Positions 24,784 to 32,858 of a stretch of DNA of 45,761 bases are shown piece by piece. Under the pieces are notes generated by a model, which was not told the origin of the DNA, searched no databases, and was given only the letters and a program-made list of their open reading frames with translations. The stretch spans positions 18,124 through 63,884 of the forward strand of contig DAOLBU010000001.1 in NCBI GenBank assembly GCA_035324355.1. The letters are read 5' to 3'. Numbering within the stretch: position 1 is the first letter of the stretch; each line of letters begins with the position of its first letter. The position numbers and the translations under genes were made by a program. This DNA is from Minisyncoccota bacterium. Its GTDB lineage: Bacteria; Patescibacteriota; Minisyncoccia; Phycocordibacterales; UBA918.

Positions 24784-26583
24784 CTATACCCTTGATGCTT
24801 GGAGTTCGGCCCGAGCTTTTTTGATTTGAAGTAATTGTGATGGGTCAGAAGTAATGATTTGATCTTCGGTATAAGACGCAATTACTTTTACGGCCACATG
24901 TTTTAAGCCAGCAAAAAAGATTCCCTCCCCTACTCCTGACTCTAGCAGAAGGAATTTTTCTTCATCGGTTAAGTTGAAGGTCCGTTGAATGTTATCTATT
25001 GCTGTTGGGGATTGTTTCATCAAAAACTGCAATGAAGAGTTGGTGATCATCGGGACTCCATAAGGGGAGCGCAAAAAGTCGTCCACATCTTGAGTAATGG
25101 TGGCAATCCCTAAGTAATATTTTCTCCCCCTTTTAGCCAGACTAAACAAAAATGAAGCGGTATCCTCTGACTTCATCATCCACCAAGCTTCGTCTATCAC
25201 TAATAAACGCTTTACAATCCGACGTCTTATCGAGCCCCAGATAAAGTTGGTAATGATATACATAGCGATAGTCTTTAGCTCTTCTTCCATATCTCGCATC
25301 GAGAAAACTACAAATTTCTGGTTGATGTCGACGTTTGTTGGTCGATTCATAAAACCTGACCAGGTACCGGAAGTGTATTTTTGTAGACGGGAAATAAGAG
25401 ATGAACTGCCATCCATCCCTGCCAAGACCATCTCGAAGTCGGATAGTAGTGGCGGTTCTTGATTACTAAAGTCCGAATCCCCAGTGATATCTTTTAAGGC
25501 ATAAGTTTCCTGAATAGCTAAGTCCAAAACTGTCTCCTCTTCAGGGGAAAGGCCGCCGAGCATAAGTCTAAATAGGCCAATGAGCTCAATGATGTGGGTG
25601 CGCAAAATATCTCGCGGGCTCTCATCAGCTTGTGGTGCTGGTAGGTCAAACGGATTGATATGATGATCTGATGAAAGAGAGATGTTAAAAAATCTTCCAC
25701 CAGTGGCTTCGGCTAAGTATTCATATTCCCGCTCTGGGTCAAGGACAATCACTTCAGTCCCAAACATTAGTGAGCGCAGAATTTCGAGCTTAAGGGCATA
25801 AGACTTACCGGCGCCAGAGGTAGCGAAAGTAACCGAGTTATAGTTGGTCAAAGAAAAACGATCAAGTAAAACCAAGGAAGAATTGTGTCGATTGATACCA
25901 TAGAGAATTCCATTGTCAGAAGTTAGGTCAAAAGAGGTGAAAGGAAAGAAACTCGACAGCGGAGAAGAATTAAACTTATTGTGGACCATAAGTTGGTCGG
26001 TAGCCAGTGGTAGGACACTTTGAATCCCCTGCTCTTGTTGGAAGAGAGCAGGTTTAAGATAAACTAATCTAGAATCTAAAATTCCTTTTATCTCAGATTC
26101 GGCTTTGTTTAAAACCGCTTCGGTTTCACCATAAATAGTGAGATAGAGTCCAACATCAAATAACTTCTCGGTCGATTGTTGAAGTTTGTCACGTAAGTCT
26201 TCGAGGTTATTAAAGGCCGCTTCTAGTTGCGGGTCTCGTACTTCACCTTTCTCGGCTTTGAGATTAATTTGACTCTGTACCTCGGCCACTTTCTTCTGGA
26301 ATTTTTTTAAAGTTAGTGCTGTATCTATTGGGTGTATTACTATCGAAATATCCAGTTCTTTTTCAAGATTAAGAATTGGTTCTAGCCACCCGTCGTTTAA
26401 AATCCGGGGGAAAGCCACAGCGTAAAGTACTCTGGCGTTCATGCCGCTAACGTTAATACTACGTGGACTAATACTAATAGCCGAAGGCGCAATCACATCG
26501 GTCATGGTTAGTAAGTGATCGGTAATGGATTCTTGTCCATTCTGGTCATTTACCTTAGGTTGTAGAAAATCAAAAAGTCCCAT
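24784..26583 (-). CDS. virB4: VirB4/TrbE/CagE-family type IV secretion ATPase
   Basis: 599 aa with Walker A TSGAGKSYALK, Walker B LLVIDEAWWMM, and TQDVDDFL plus downstream family motifs. Confidence 0.9.
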   Translation of the reverse strand: MGLFDFLQPKVNDQNGQESITDHLLTMTDVIAPSAISISPRSINVSGMNARVLYAVAFPRILNDGWLEPILNLEKELDISIVIHPIDTALTLKKFQKKVAEVQSQINLKAEKGEVRDPQLEAAFNNLEDLRDKLQQSTEKLFDVGLYLTIYGETEAVLNKAESEIKGILDSRLVYLKPALFQQEQGIQSVLPLATDQLMVHNKFNSSPLSSFFPFTSFDLTSDNGILYGINRHNSSLVLLDRFSLTNYNSVTFATSGAGKSYALKLEILRSLMFGTEVIVLDPEREYEYLAEATGGRFFNISLSSDHHINPFDLPAPQADESPRDILRTHIIELIGLFRLMLGGLSPEEETVLDLAIQETYALKDITGDSDFSNQEPPLLSDFEMVLAGMDGSSSLISRLQKYTSGTWSGFMNRPTNVDINQKFVVFSMRDMEEELKTIAMYIITNFIWGSIRRRIVKRLLVIDEAWWMMKSEDTASFLFSLAKRGRKYYLGIATITQDVDDFLRSPYGVPMITNSSLQFLMKQSPTAIDNIQRTFNLTDEEKFLLLESGVGEGIFFAGLKHVAVKVIASYTEDQIITSDPSQLLQIKKARAELQASRV

Positions 26584-26592
26584 AATTAATTA

Positions 26593-27225
26593 TTAGTTAT
26601 TCCCCACGGGCGCAGAACCGGTTGGATCGGTAGGATTATAAATATGGTAATACAGCTCCACTAAATCTTCATTGTTAAGCATAATTGTTCGTACCCCTAG
26701 TCGCGACAAACCTTGTTCAACAACTGACACTCTTTGTTCGAGTTGGATCTTATATTCATCAAACATTAATTCTTCCGGAGTGGATTTTTGCCCTGGGGTA
26801 AAAAATGAAGTCAGGCCTTTTGTAAAATTAATCGGTGCGGGTGTATAAGGGATAATGACAAAGAAACTCTTACTCATCACATCTACTTCAGTAGTAAAGG
26901 TTCGAATAAACTCAATATATTCCCGAAGTTGGATTCGCATCAAGTCATTGTCCTGGGAGTCTTTTCTGGTAGCCAGTAGCGCTAAGTATGGCTCGATGTT
27001 AAGTCGGCGTGATTGAACATAAATCTGAAGCGAAAAATCCAGAGTATTAAGAAAAGATTGAAAGTTATGGAGAATTGCTTGTTGTTCATCCAGTGATTTA
27101 AGGGCAAAGTTAATTGATGAAGCCAGTAGTACTGAACACATTTGTCCATTTTTCAGTAAAACCACACTATCTCTAATGTCTTTAATGGCAACAAAGTCTT
27201 GGGTAGCTGATGAGGTTCTAGGCAT
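26593..27225 (-). CDS. Hypothetical protein resembling the N-terminal domain of Gram-positive VirB4 homologues; T4SS-locus component
   Basis: 210 aa. TQDFVAIKDIRDSVVLLKNGQMCSVLLASSINFALKSLDEQQAILHNFQSFLNTLDFSLQIYVQS matches the pattern I associate with N-termini of PrgJ/TcpF-type ATPases. There are no NTPase motifs. A double stop (TAA TAA) precedes virB4. Confidence 0.4.
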   Translation of the reverse strand: MPRTSSATQDFVAIKDIRDSVVLLKNGQMCSVLLASSINFALKSLDEQQAILHNFQSFLNTLDFSLQIYVQSRRLNIEPYLALLATRKDSQDNDLMRIQLREYIEFIRTFTTEVDVMSKSFFVIIPYTPAPINFTKGLTSFFTPGQKSTPEELMFDEYKIQLEQRVSVVEQGLSRLGVRTIMLNNEDLVELYYHIYNPTDPTGSAPVGNN

Positions 27226-27234
27226 AGTGATATT

Positions 27235-27672
27235 TTAGAGATCTTTTTTTTGCAGAGCGGCTAATTCTAAGCGACGGGCGAGCGATGTGATGTTTTTGGA
27301 GTTGGGCGCTGCATGGGCTAATGGAGTGGATGTTTGTGGCAGCTGACTCGGCGTGAAATTGTACTTATGGACAGTCGGTGTCTTCTTTTTCCAGAGATAA
27401 AGTTTTTGTCGGCGAAAATAGCCAATAATTGCCTCAAGAAAAAATGAGAAAGGGCGGTTGTTCACTGGATAAAAAGATAAGGCACCAGCTAATACTCCAA
27501 GTGGCAAACCAATAAGCAGGAAGAGCCAAAATGGGGCAGTGAAAAAAAGAACCACTCCCATCCCCACTCCTCCGCCAAGGTAAAGAAACTGGCGCCAGGT
27601 AAAAGGACCAAAAATTTTATCTTCAATTTCTATAAATTGTGGTACCTCAAATTGCATACTTACATTATACAC
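27235..27672 (-). CDS. PrgI-family (VirB3-like) small membrane protein
   Basis: 145 aa. FEVPQFIEIEDKIFGPFTWRQFLYL is followed by two TM helices, the hallmark of the PrgI family found upstream of VirB4 in monoderm T4SS. Confidence 0.65.
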   Translation of the reverse strand: MYNVSMQFEVPQFIEIEDKIFGPFTWRQFLYLGGGVGMGVVLFFTAPFWLFLLIGLPLGVLAGALSFYPVNNRPFSFFLEAIIGYFRRQKLYLWKKKTPTVHKYNFTPSQLPQTSTPLAHAAPNSKNITSLARRLELAALQKKDL

Positions 27673-27707
27673 GGCCAGCAGTCATGAATTCGTTTTTCTA
27701 GTGGACT

Positions 27708-27746
27708 AAAAATCACCCTGAAGCCCATGGCTTCAGGGTGATTTTT
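27708..27746 (-). terminator. Strong internal rho-independent terminator splitting the T4SS-like locus into two units
   Basis: 18-bp perfect stem aaaaatcaccctgaagcc / ggcttcagggtgattttt with a 3-nt loop. It lies 6 nt downstream of the 27752 ORF end on the minus strand, and T residues follow. Confidence 0.75.
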
Positions 27747-27751
27747 AATTT

Positions 27752-28225
27752 TTAATTCTCCGTGCCCCAGCGAGGTGGTTTTGCCGGCGGCACAGCATTC
27801 TTATTGGTCAGAATATCTGCTTGTAGGCTTGGGTAAGTGCTGTCATTTTGAGGTGTGTTTGATTGTTGGTCACTTGCCATGGTACGGATATTTTCTAATG
27901 ATTCAAGAGATTTTTCGGTATCTTCAAATTCGGTTGCAATATTATTTTCGTCTTCCATTAAATTTTTTTTAACTTCCTGTAAGAAGTTATATTGGTCGGT
28001 TATTCCTAGGTTTGTAAATTCCTGCAATACTTCCTCCAAGGTAATTAAGCTTAGTAAATAATAACCTAAAGGTAAAAGAGTATCCGTAGGGTTGATTTTT
28101 AACTGCTTATTATCAAGCACTGCTTTTACAGTATTAAATATTTTATCAGAGCCCATCAGTTCTTTTAGGTAAGGTGTGGCTTTTGCTAACGCATCAGTAA
28201 ATTCTTTTGCAGTGATGTTTTTCAT
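27752..28225 (-). CDS. Hypothetical soluble acidic protein; T4SS-locus component
   Basis: 157 aa with no TM helix and no recognisable motif. It is tightly spaced after the preceding ORF. Confidence 0.45.
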   Translation of the reverse strand: MKNITAKEFTDALAKATPYLKELMGSDKIFNTVKAVLDNKQLKINPTDTLLPLGYYLLSLITLEEVLQEFTNLGITDQYNFLQEVKKNLMEDENNIATEFEDTEKSLESLENIRTMASDQQSNTPQNDSTYPSLQADILTNKNAVPPAKPPRWGTEN

Positions 28226-28235
28226 AGTTTAGGAT

Positions 28236-29366
28236 TTAAGAATGTAGTCCAAATCTTCTACCTTGAACAGTGGTGTTACTCCATATTGTCCAAGATTGTG
28301 TCATATTGTCAGTAATGCTCGGATCAGTAATGTACTCCATTACATTTTGACGTACCCTCTCGATGTCGGGCTGACTTGGATTATTATTGAGGAACTCAGT
28401 AATAATTTGTGGTGTTAAATAAGGGCGGGCAGCTTCATCTGCCAGAGCGTCGACAGGGAGTCGTCCGGCGTCTTGCGCGTTTCTAAATAAACGTCTTCTT
28501 TGCCGATCATTAAAGGTATCGCGTTCAGCTGTGGTAAGTGATGTTGAGCTTGCTAAAGAACCATTATGGACTATTCGAGTTAAACCAGCATTTCTCGCAT
28601 TTCTGATCTCCTGAATTTGTGCTGGGGTGCGGGTGCCAGATTGTTGTAAGGTTGTTAATTGAGCATCACTTAATTGTGAAGCTATGTTTGGATTTATAAG
28701 TTGACTCTGATTCATCTCTGTTAAACGCTCATTAGACATTGTTGACATGGTTCGATTGAGTTCTTCCATAGTGGCTGTTAGGTTTTCTTGTGAAGCCTCA
28801 GTTGATCCCAGAGTGGCTTCAATATCGGCAAAAGCTCCTGTATTTCTTTGGGTGTTTAGGTTGATATTTTCATCCGTACTTAAGATACCTGAATTTTCTA
28901 TAGCTGTAACCTGGGCGTCTGAAAGCAGCGAAGCAAATTCAGGGGTAAGTAACATTGCTTTATTTGTTCTGGCTAAGTTAAGTACCTCCTCATTACTCAT
29001 GTGACCTACTTGTGCCCGCTGTACTCGTCGTGCCTCTTGCCGAGCGGCTATTTGATCAGCGTTTGAAGCAGGTGTGAGCGGCGGTACATTACGAGCATCA
29101 AGCTCCTCTCTTCTTCTGACGCTTTCTTCGGTTCGATTACGCATTTGTCGATCGGCTTCCACTGTCCTGGTATTTCCAAACTTGGCATTTTGCATTGTGT
29201 TCACAGCTGTGCCAACTGTATCTTGAGCAAAATTAGTACGAGCTGCCCATCTCACGACTGCTCCTCCTCTTCCCTGATATTGTTTAGCATTATCAAAAGC
29301 TCTTCCAACTCGATTTCCAACAAAGTTTGATGCGTTTTTAGCTCCCCATCCCACGCCGCCTTTCAC
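28236..29366 (-). CDS. Hydrophilic G/N/Q/R-rich protein with an internal ~36-aa repeat. It is in frame with the upstream VirB6-like ORF across a single TAG.
   Basis: 376 aa. The track start is GTG, and there is no ATG for the first 57 codons. The repeats are MSNEEVLNL...LLSDAQVTAIENSG and MSNERLTEM...QLSDAQLTTLQQSG. Confidence 0.5.
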   Translation of the reverse strand: MKGGVGWGAKNASNFVGNRVGRAFDNAKQYQGRGGAVVRWAARTNFAQDTVGTAVNTMQNAKFGNTRTVEADRQMRNRTEESVRRREELDARNVPPLTPASNADQIAARQEARRVQRAQVGHMSNEEVLNLARTNKAMLLTPEFASLLSDAQVTAIENSGILSTDENINLNTQRNTGAFADIEATLGSTEASQENLTATMEELNRTMSTMSNERLTEMNQSQLINPNIASQLSDAQLTTLQQSGTRTPAQIQEIRNARNAGLTRIVHNGSLASSTSLTTAERDTFNDRQRRRLFRNAQDAGRLPVDALADEAARPYLTPQIITEFLNNNPSQPDIERVRQNVMEYITDPSITDNMTQSWTIWSNTTVQGRRFGLHS

Positions 29367-29381
29367 AATATTGCCATTTCC

Positions 29382-30476
29382 CTAAAGGGGTTTAGTGCCG
29401 GCTCTTTGAGTATAATTTCCCCCCTTGCCCGCCGCTTTTTGCCCCAAAGAGACCGCCTTGTCAGCACCGACTGCCCCTATTTTTTTTGCGACTATGAGAG
29501 AGGCGATCAAAAAACCACAAGCGACAATAAAAAACATTAAAGGTCCTTCAAAACCTCTAAAGGCTGCTGCAGAATTTGCGCCACTCACTGAGTTTGCTAA
29601 TGAACTGACGTCTTTCATTCCTGCACCTATCGCCTTCATGATTTCCATAGAAAAATAGATCATCAGGAAATAAGCTGGTGCAAAAAAAGCTTGACCGAGA
29701 AATCCGGTCATATATTGTTTTGAGATGCCGCTAAATCCCGGGAAGACCAAGCCAATGAACATTGCTGGCGACAACAGCATATATATATTAAGAGCAATAA
29801 ATCGTATTATCAGCAAAATAGCACCAGCTGCAAAAACAAAAGCAGCAACCAAGAATAGATACATAGTTCCAAAAATGTACCCCAAACTTAATGTATGGGC
29901 CGGTATACCTTCTGTATTAATAACTGACGTTATACCAAGACTTGTCATTACTTTTTGACTAATAACATATTTATTTAAATCTGTTTGGTCCTTATAATCT
30001 TGCACAAATTGTTTAGCTGCAATATTAGAAAAATCTATGACTGTCTTGGTGAAAAAAAGACTAAAGTTTACCAACAGCGCCGCCAAAATAAGCATACCCA
30101 AAGCTTTTTTGGCGTTATTATCAGAACTATTTAATATCATTTTAAACCCAATGTAAACCAAACCGAAAATAAAGGTGAGATTAAATATGTCTCTCATCTT
30201 AGTCCACAGTAGATCAATCGCGGCTCCAAGCCCACTTGTGGTGTAATACCCACCAAAACCCACCACAAAGTGTGTAAGTGTATAGTCCAGCGCCCAACCA
30301 CCTAACATCAATAGGCTTCCAAAGATGGCAACGACAAAGCTGTAAAGATATCCTAATAGCTTCGTGTCCCAAGTGGAGGCGAAAGTAACTTGCGGAATAA
30401 ACAGTATTAGAACCAAACCAAACACAGTAAAAAGCGTCGGTATCAGATGCTTTTTATTTGTGAAGAGCTTTTTCAT
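29382..30476 (-). CDS. Polytopic membrane protein, VirB6/TrbL-like by topology and context
   Basis: About 364 aa from ATG 30476 (MKKLFTNKK). It has a signal/TM1 plus roughly 7 further hydrophobic helices. It ends in a Gly-rich tail (GKGGNYTQRAGTKPL) and TAG. Confidence 0.5.
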   Translation of the reverse strand: MKKLFTNKKHLIPTLFTVFGLVLILFIPQVTFASTWDTKLLGYLYSFVVAIFGSLLMLGGWALDYTLTHFVVGFGGYYTTSGLGAAIDLLWTKMRDIFNLTFIFGLVYIGFKMILNSSDNNAKKALGMLILAALLVNFSLFFTKTVIDFSNIAAKQFVQDYKDQTDLNKYVISQKVMTSLGITSVINTEGIPAHTLSLGYIFGTMYLFLVAAFVFAAGAILLIIRFIALNIYMLLSPAMFIGLVFPGFSGISKQYMTGFLGQAFFAPAYFLMIYFSMEIMKAIGAGMKDVSSLANSVSGANSAAAFRGFEGPLMFFIVACGFLIASLIVAKKIGAVGADKAVSLGQKAAGKGGNYTQRAGTKPL

Positions 30477-30485
30477 AGTCACATT

Positions 30486-31847
30486 TTATCCACTTGGGTT
30501 TATCATGCCGCGCCATTGTAGGATAGAGGCATCAACTTGGCTGGTAGAAGGTAGTCTGGATCGTAAGGTTGAATATCTTTCTGTTAATGTCCTTATAAAG
30601 TTAGTATCAGGACTACTCGGAGCACTCTCAATACTACTCAGCAAGGCTGTTAGTTCTGTAATAACTCTATCAAGTGCTGGTATTAGATTTTGGACAATAT
30701 CTTGTGACTCTCTTAAGGCCTGACTGCGACGGGTCGGGTCGTTGGTAGTGGTCGATGCAAATTCCGCTAACAGCCCACTATAAAGTAAGGCCTCACTGCG
30801 ATAACGTTGTGCTATGGCTAGACTGTCACTGACAGAATTACGCAAACTATCTAAGTTGAAACCTTCACCCGCGAGATCTCCGAGGAATGTTCCAGTACCA
30901 CCACTGCCACTACCCTCAGCGCTGACACCAAGTAGGCCCCCTGCCCCAGTAATAACAGTTTGAGCTAGTTGACCAAGAAGGGCGCCGATGATTTCATTGA
31001 TTTCGTCAGCTTCAATTAAGCTCCGAGTACCAGCAGTCAGGTGAAAGTTGAGGCTTTGAGCAATGGTGTCCCCTGGTGTAACTACTTGGCAGAAAGGAGG
31101 ACCTAAAGAGGGGTCAGAGCACTCTTTTTTTGACATAAAACCCTTGCCCCAATTTAGTTGCGTGGACTCTCTTTCTAGAGCTTTATCTACGCGTAGCCTT
31201 CCTTGAATCTCAGCTGTTAGAAAGCTCCCGTAAGGGGTGTAGATTTCTGGTTGATTCACGATTTGGAACCAAGCATCCCATCCACCAGCTTCAAAGTCTC
31301 CAGAAATAAAATTTTCGATGTTGGCCAGCGCTCCTGTTAGGGTACAGGTCCCAGCTCGCGGCTCACCATTTTGTCGTCTGTCAAAGGCAACTGTAATACC
31401 AATAAGAACATCAAGCTTAAAAGGGCTACAAATGAACGAGAGTGGCCCGCCGAGCTCTTCTAAATAGTAACCAAATTCCTGATCAGCTGCATCCAGCAAT
31501 GCTGTTTTCAAATCTTGTATATAAACCGGACTACCACTGAAACCCGAATTTATCCAACTCACAATACTGGCGGTAATCTGCGACACAATTGCTTTGGCTA
31601 AGGCAAACATAATACCGTCCAAGATTATCTCCTTTTCTACCAAAAGATTCTGCAGGGCATTAGAAGCAGCGCTGTATAGATTGCCAATTCCCTGAAGTAA
31701 GCCTACAAGAAAATCTGCCACCGCCCACTGAGCCTCGGCGGTCTCCACCTTATTAAGTGGTTGTGGCACATAAACACTGACAAAAACAAACCCAAAAACA
31801 AAAACCGAGACTAAAATATTTTGAATAAATGTAATGGATTTAATCAT
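30486..31847 (-). CDS. N-terminally anchored secreted protein of unknown family; T4SS-locus component
   Basis: The likely start is MIKSITFIQNILVSVFVFGFVFVSVYV at 31847 (the track ORF runs to 31910). It has a conserved-looking SWINSGFSGSPVYIQD segment, several Cys and a Gly/Ser linker. Confidence 0.5.
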   Translation of the reverse strand: MIKSITFIQNILVSVFVFGFVFVSVYVPQPLNKVETAEAQWAVADFLVGLLQGIGNLYSAASNALQNLLVEKEIILDGIMFALAKAIVSQITASIVSWINSGFSGSPVYIQDLKTALLDAADQEFGYYLEELGGPLSFICSPFKLDVLIGITVAFDRRQNGEPRAGTCTLTGALANIENFISGDFEAGGWDAWFQIVNQPEIYTPYGSFLTAEIQGRLRVDKALERESTQLNWGKGFMSKKECSDPSLGPPFCQVVTPGDTIAQSLNFHLTAGTRSLIEADEINEIIGALLGQLAQTVITGAGGLLGVSAEGSGSGGTGTFLGDLAGEGFNLDSLRNSVSDSLAIAQRYRSEALLYSGLLAEFASTTTNDPTRRSQALRESQDIVQNLIPALDRVITELTALLSSIESAPSSPDTNFIRTLTERYSTLRSRLPSTSQVDASILQWRGMINPSG

Positions 31848-31854
31848 ATTATTA

Positions 31855-32742
31855 TCAACGCAAATCCGGATTAAAAGCAGTAAATAATAAAGCTTTGTCA
31901 TCTTTACCAAAATCGTTAGTGTAAGGTTTTAGTGCCAAGAACAAGTTTTGAAGCGACAATTTTAGGGCAGCGACATCCTCTTGATAACGCTTCATGCGGA
32001 CGAAGGTAAGCATTGGGTCGGAAACCACCTTAGTCATAGCGGTTATGTCGTTATAAAGCGCACTGTAGACGTTGATTAAATCCAAATGTTCTTTAGCGAG
32101 AATGTTGGGCACGGAAATAAGTAGTACCTGGTCACGCGTATTTAAATAAACTTTACTGATTAACTCTAATTCTTGTAGTCCAGGTTCGGTTTTTCCGTTT
32201 AGAACTTCACGGATGACATCTAGTTCATTGCGCAGGCCAGGAATACCATTATTAATAATGGCTTCTGCGTGAGCATTGGCGTAAGCCTTAATTGCTGCTG
32301 CAGAAGTATCTGATTTTAGGTTTAGGTCATTCACTGTAAAAACCTTATCGGTAGCGTGGGTACTGATTTTGGTAATAGTATCTTCGATTATTTGCTCTCG
32401 AGAGCGACCGATGCCTTTATAAGCTTCAGCACTCAAAACTTGTTCAAAAAAGCTTACACCGATTGACCCAGTGAGGGTATCTGGCGCCAGATAGTCAGTG
32501 GTACTAGAGTTGGTAAAAGGAGAATCTGAGATAAAAACTTCTTGCCAATCTTCAATACCGTCATTATTTGAGTCTTGAACAGCAATTGGCACTCGAAGTG
32601 GCGACTCCACAGTAGTAACTGACAATGAGGCTGGATTAGTTCCTGTAGGCGGTTTGAGATTTGCAGCAAGATAAGAGCCCCCCACTAGGATTGCCCCCAC
32701 TACAAAAGCGCCTAGAACCTTTGAATTAGAATGGTTCACCAT
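31855..32742 (-). CDS. N-terminally membrane-anchored protein of unknown family; first gene of the T4SS-like locus
   Basis: 295 aa with a TM helix VLGAFVVGAILVGGSYLAANL and then a soluble domain. I see no recognisable motif. Confidence 0.5.
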   Translation of the reverse strand: MVNHSNSKVLGAFVVGAILVGGSYLAANLKPPTGTNPASLSVTTVESPLRVPIAVQDSNNDGIEDWQEVFISDSPFTNSSTTDYLAPDTLTGSIGVSFFEQVLSAEAYKGIGRSREQIIEDTITKISTHATDKVFTVNDLNLKSDTSAAAIKAYANAHAEAIINNGIPGLRNELDVIREVLNGKTEPGLQELELISKVYLNTRDQVLLISVPNILAKEHLDLINVYSALYNDITAMTKVVSDPMLTFVRMKRYQEDVAALKLSLQNLFLALKPYTNDFGKDDKALLFTAFNPDLR

Positions 32743-32858
32743 ATCCTCTTATTATAACAGTAAAAGAAGGTTCAGATTCCAAGCGGTGTATATATCTTTT
32801 GTACTTTTTAGGACTTCTCTAAATTTAAGAACCGTATAGCTTTGATTAGCTAATAAAG

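Noticed and set aside
20548-32742. The T4SS-like locus as part of an integrative conjugative element or prophage
   Set aside because: The window has no integrase, relaxase, coupling protein, replication or phage structural genes, and I noticed no flanking direct repeats. The locus is bounded by yidC and rsmA rather than by a tRNA. Full-contig analysis could overturn this.
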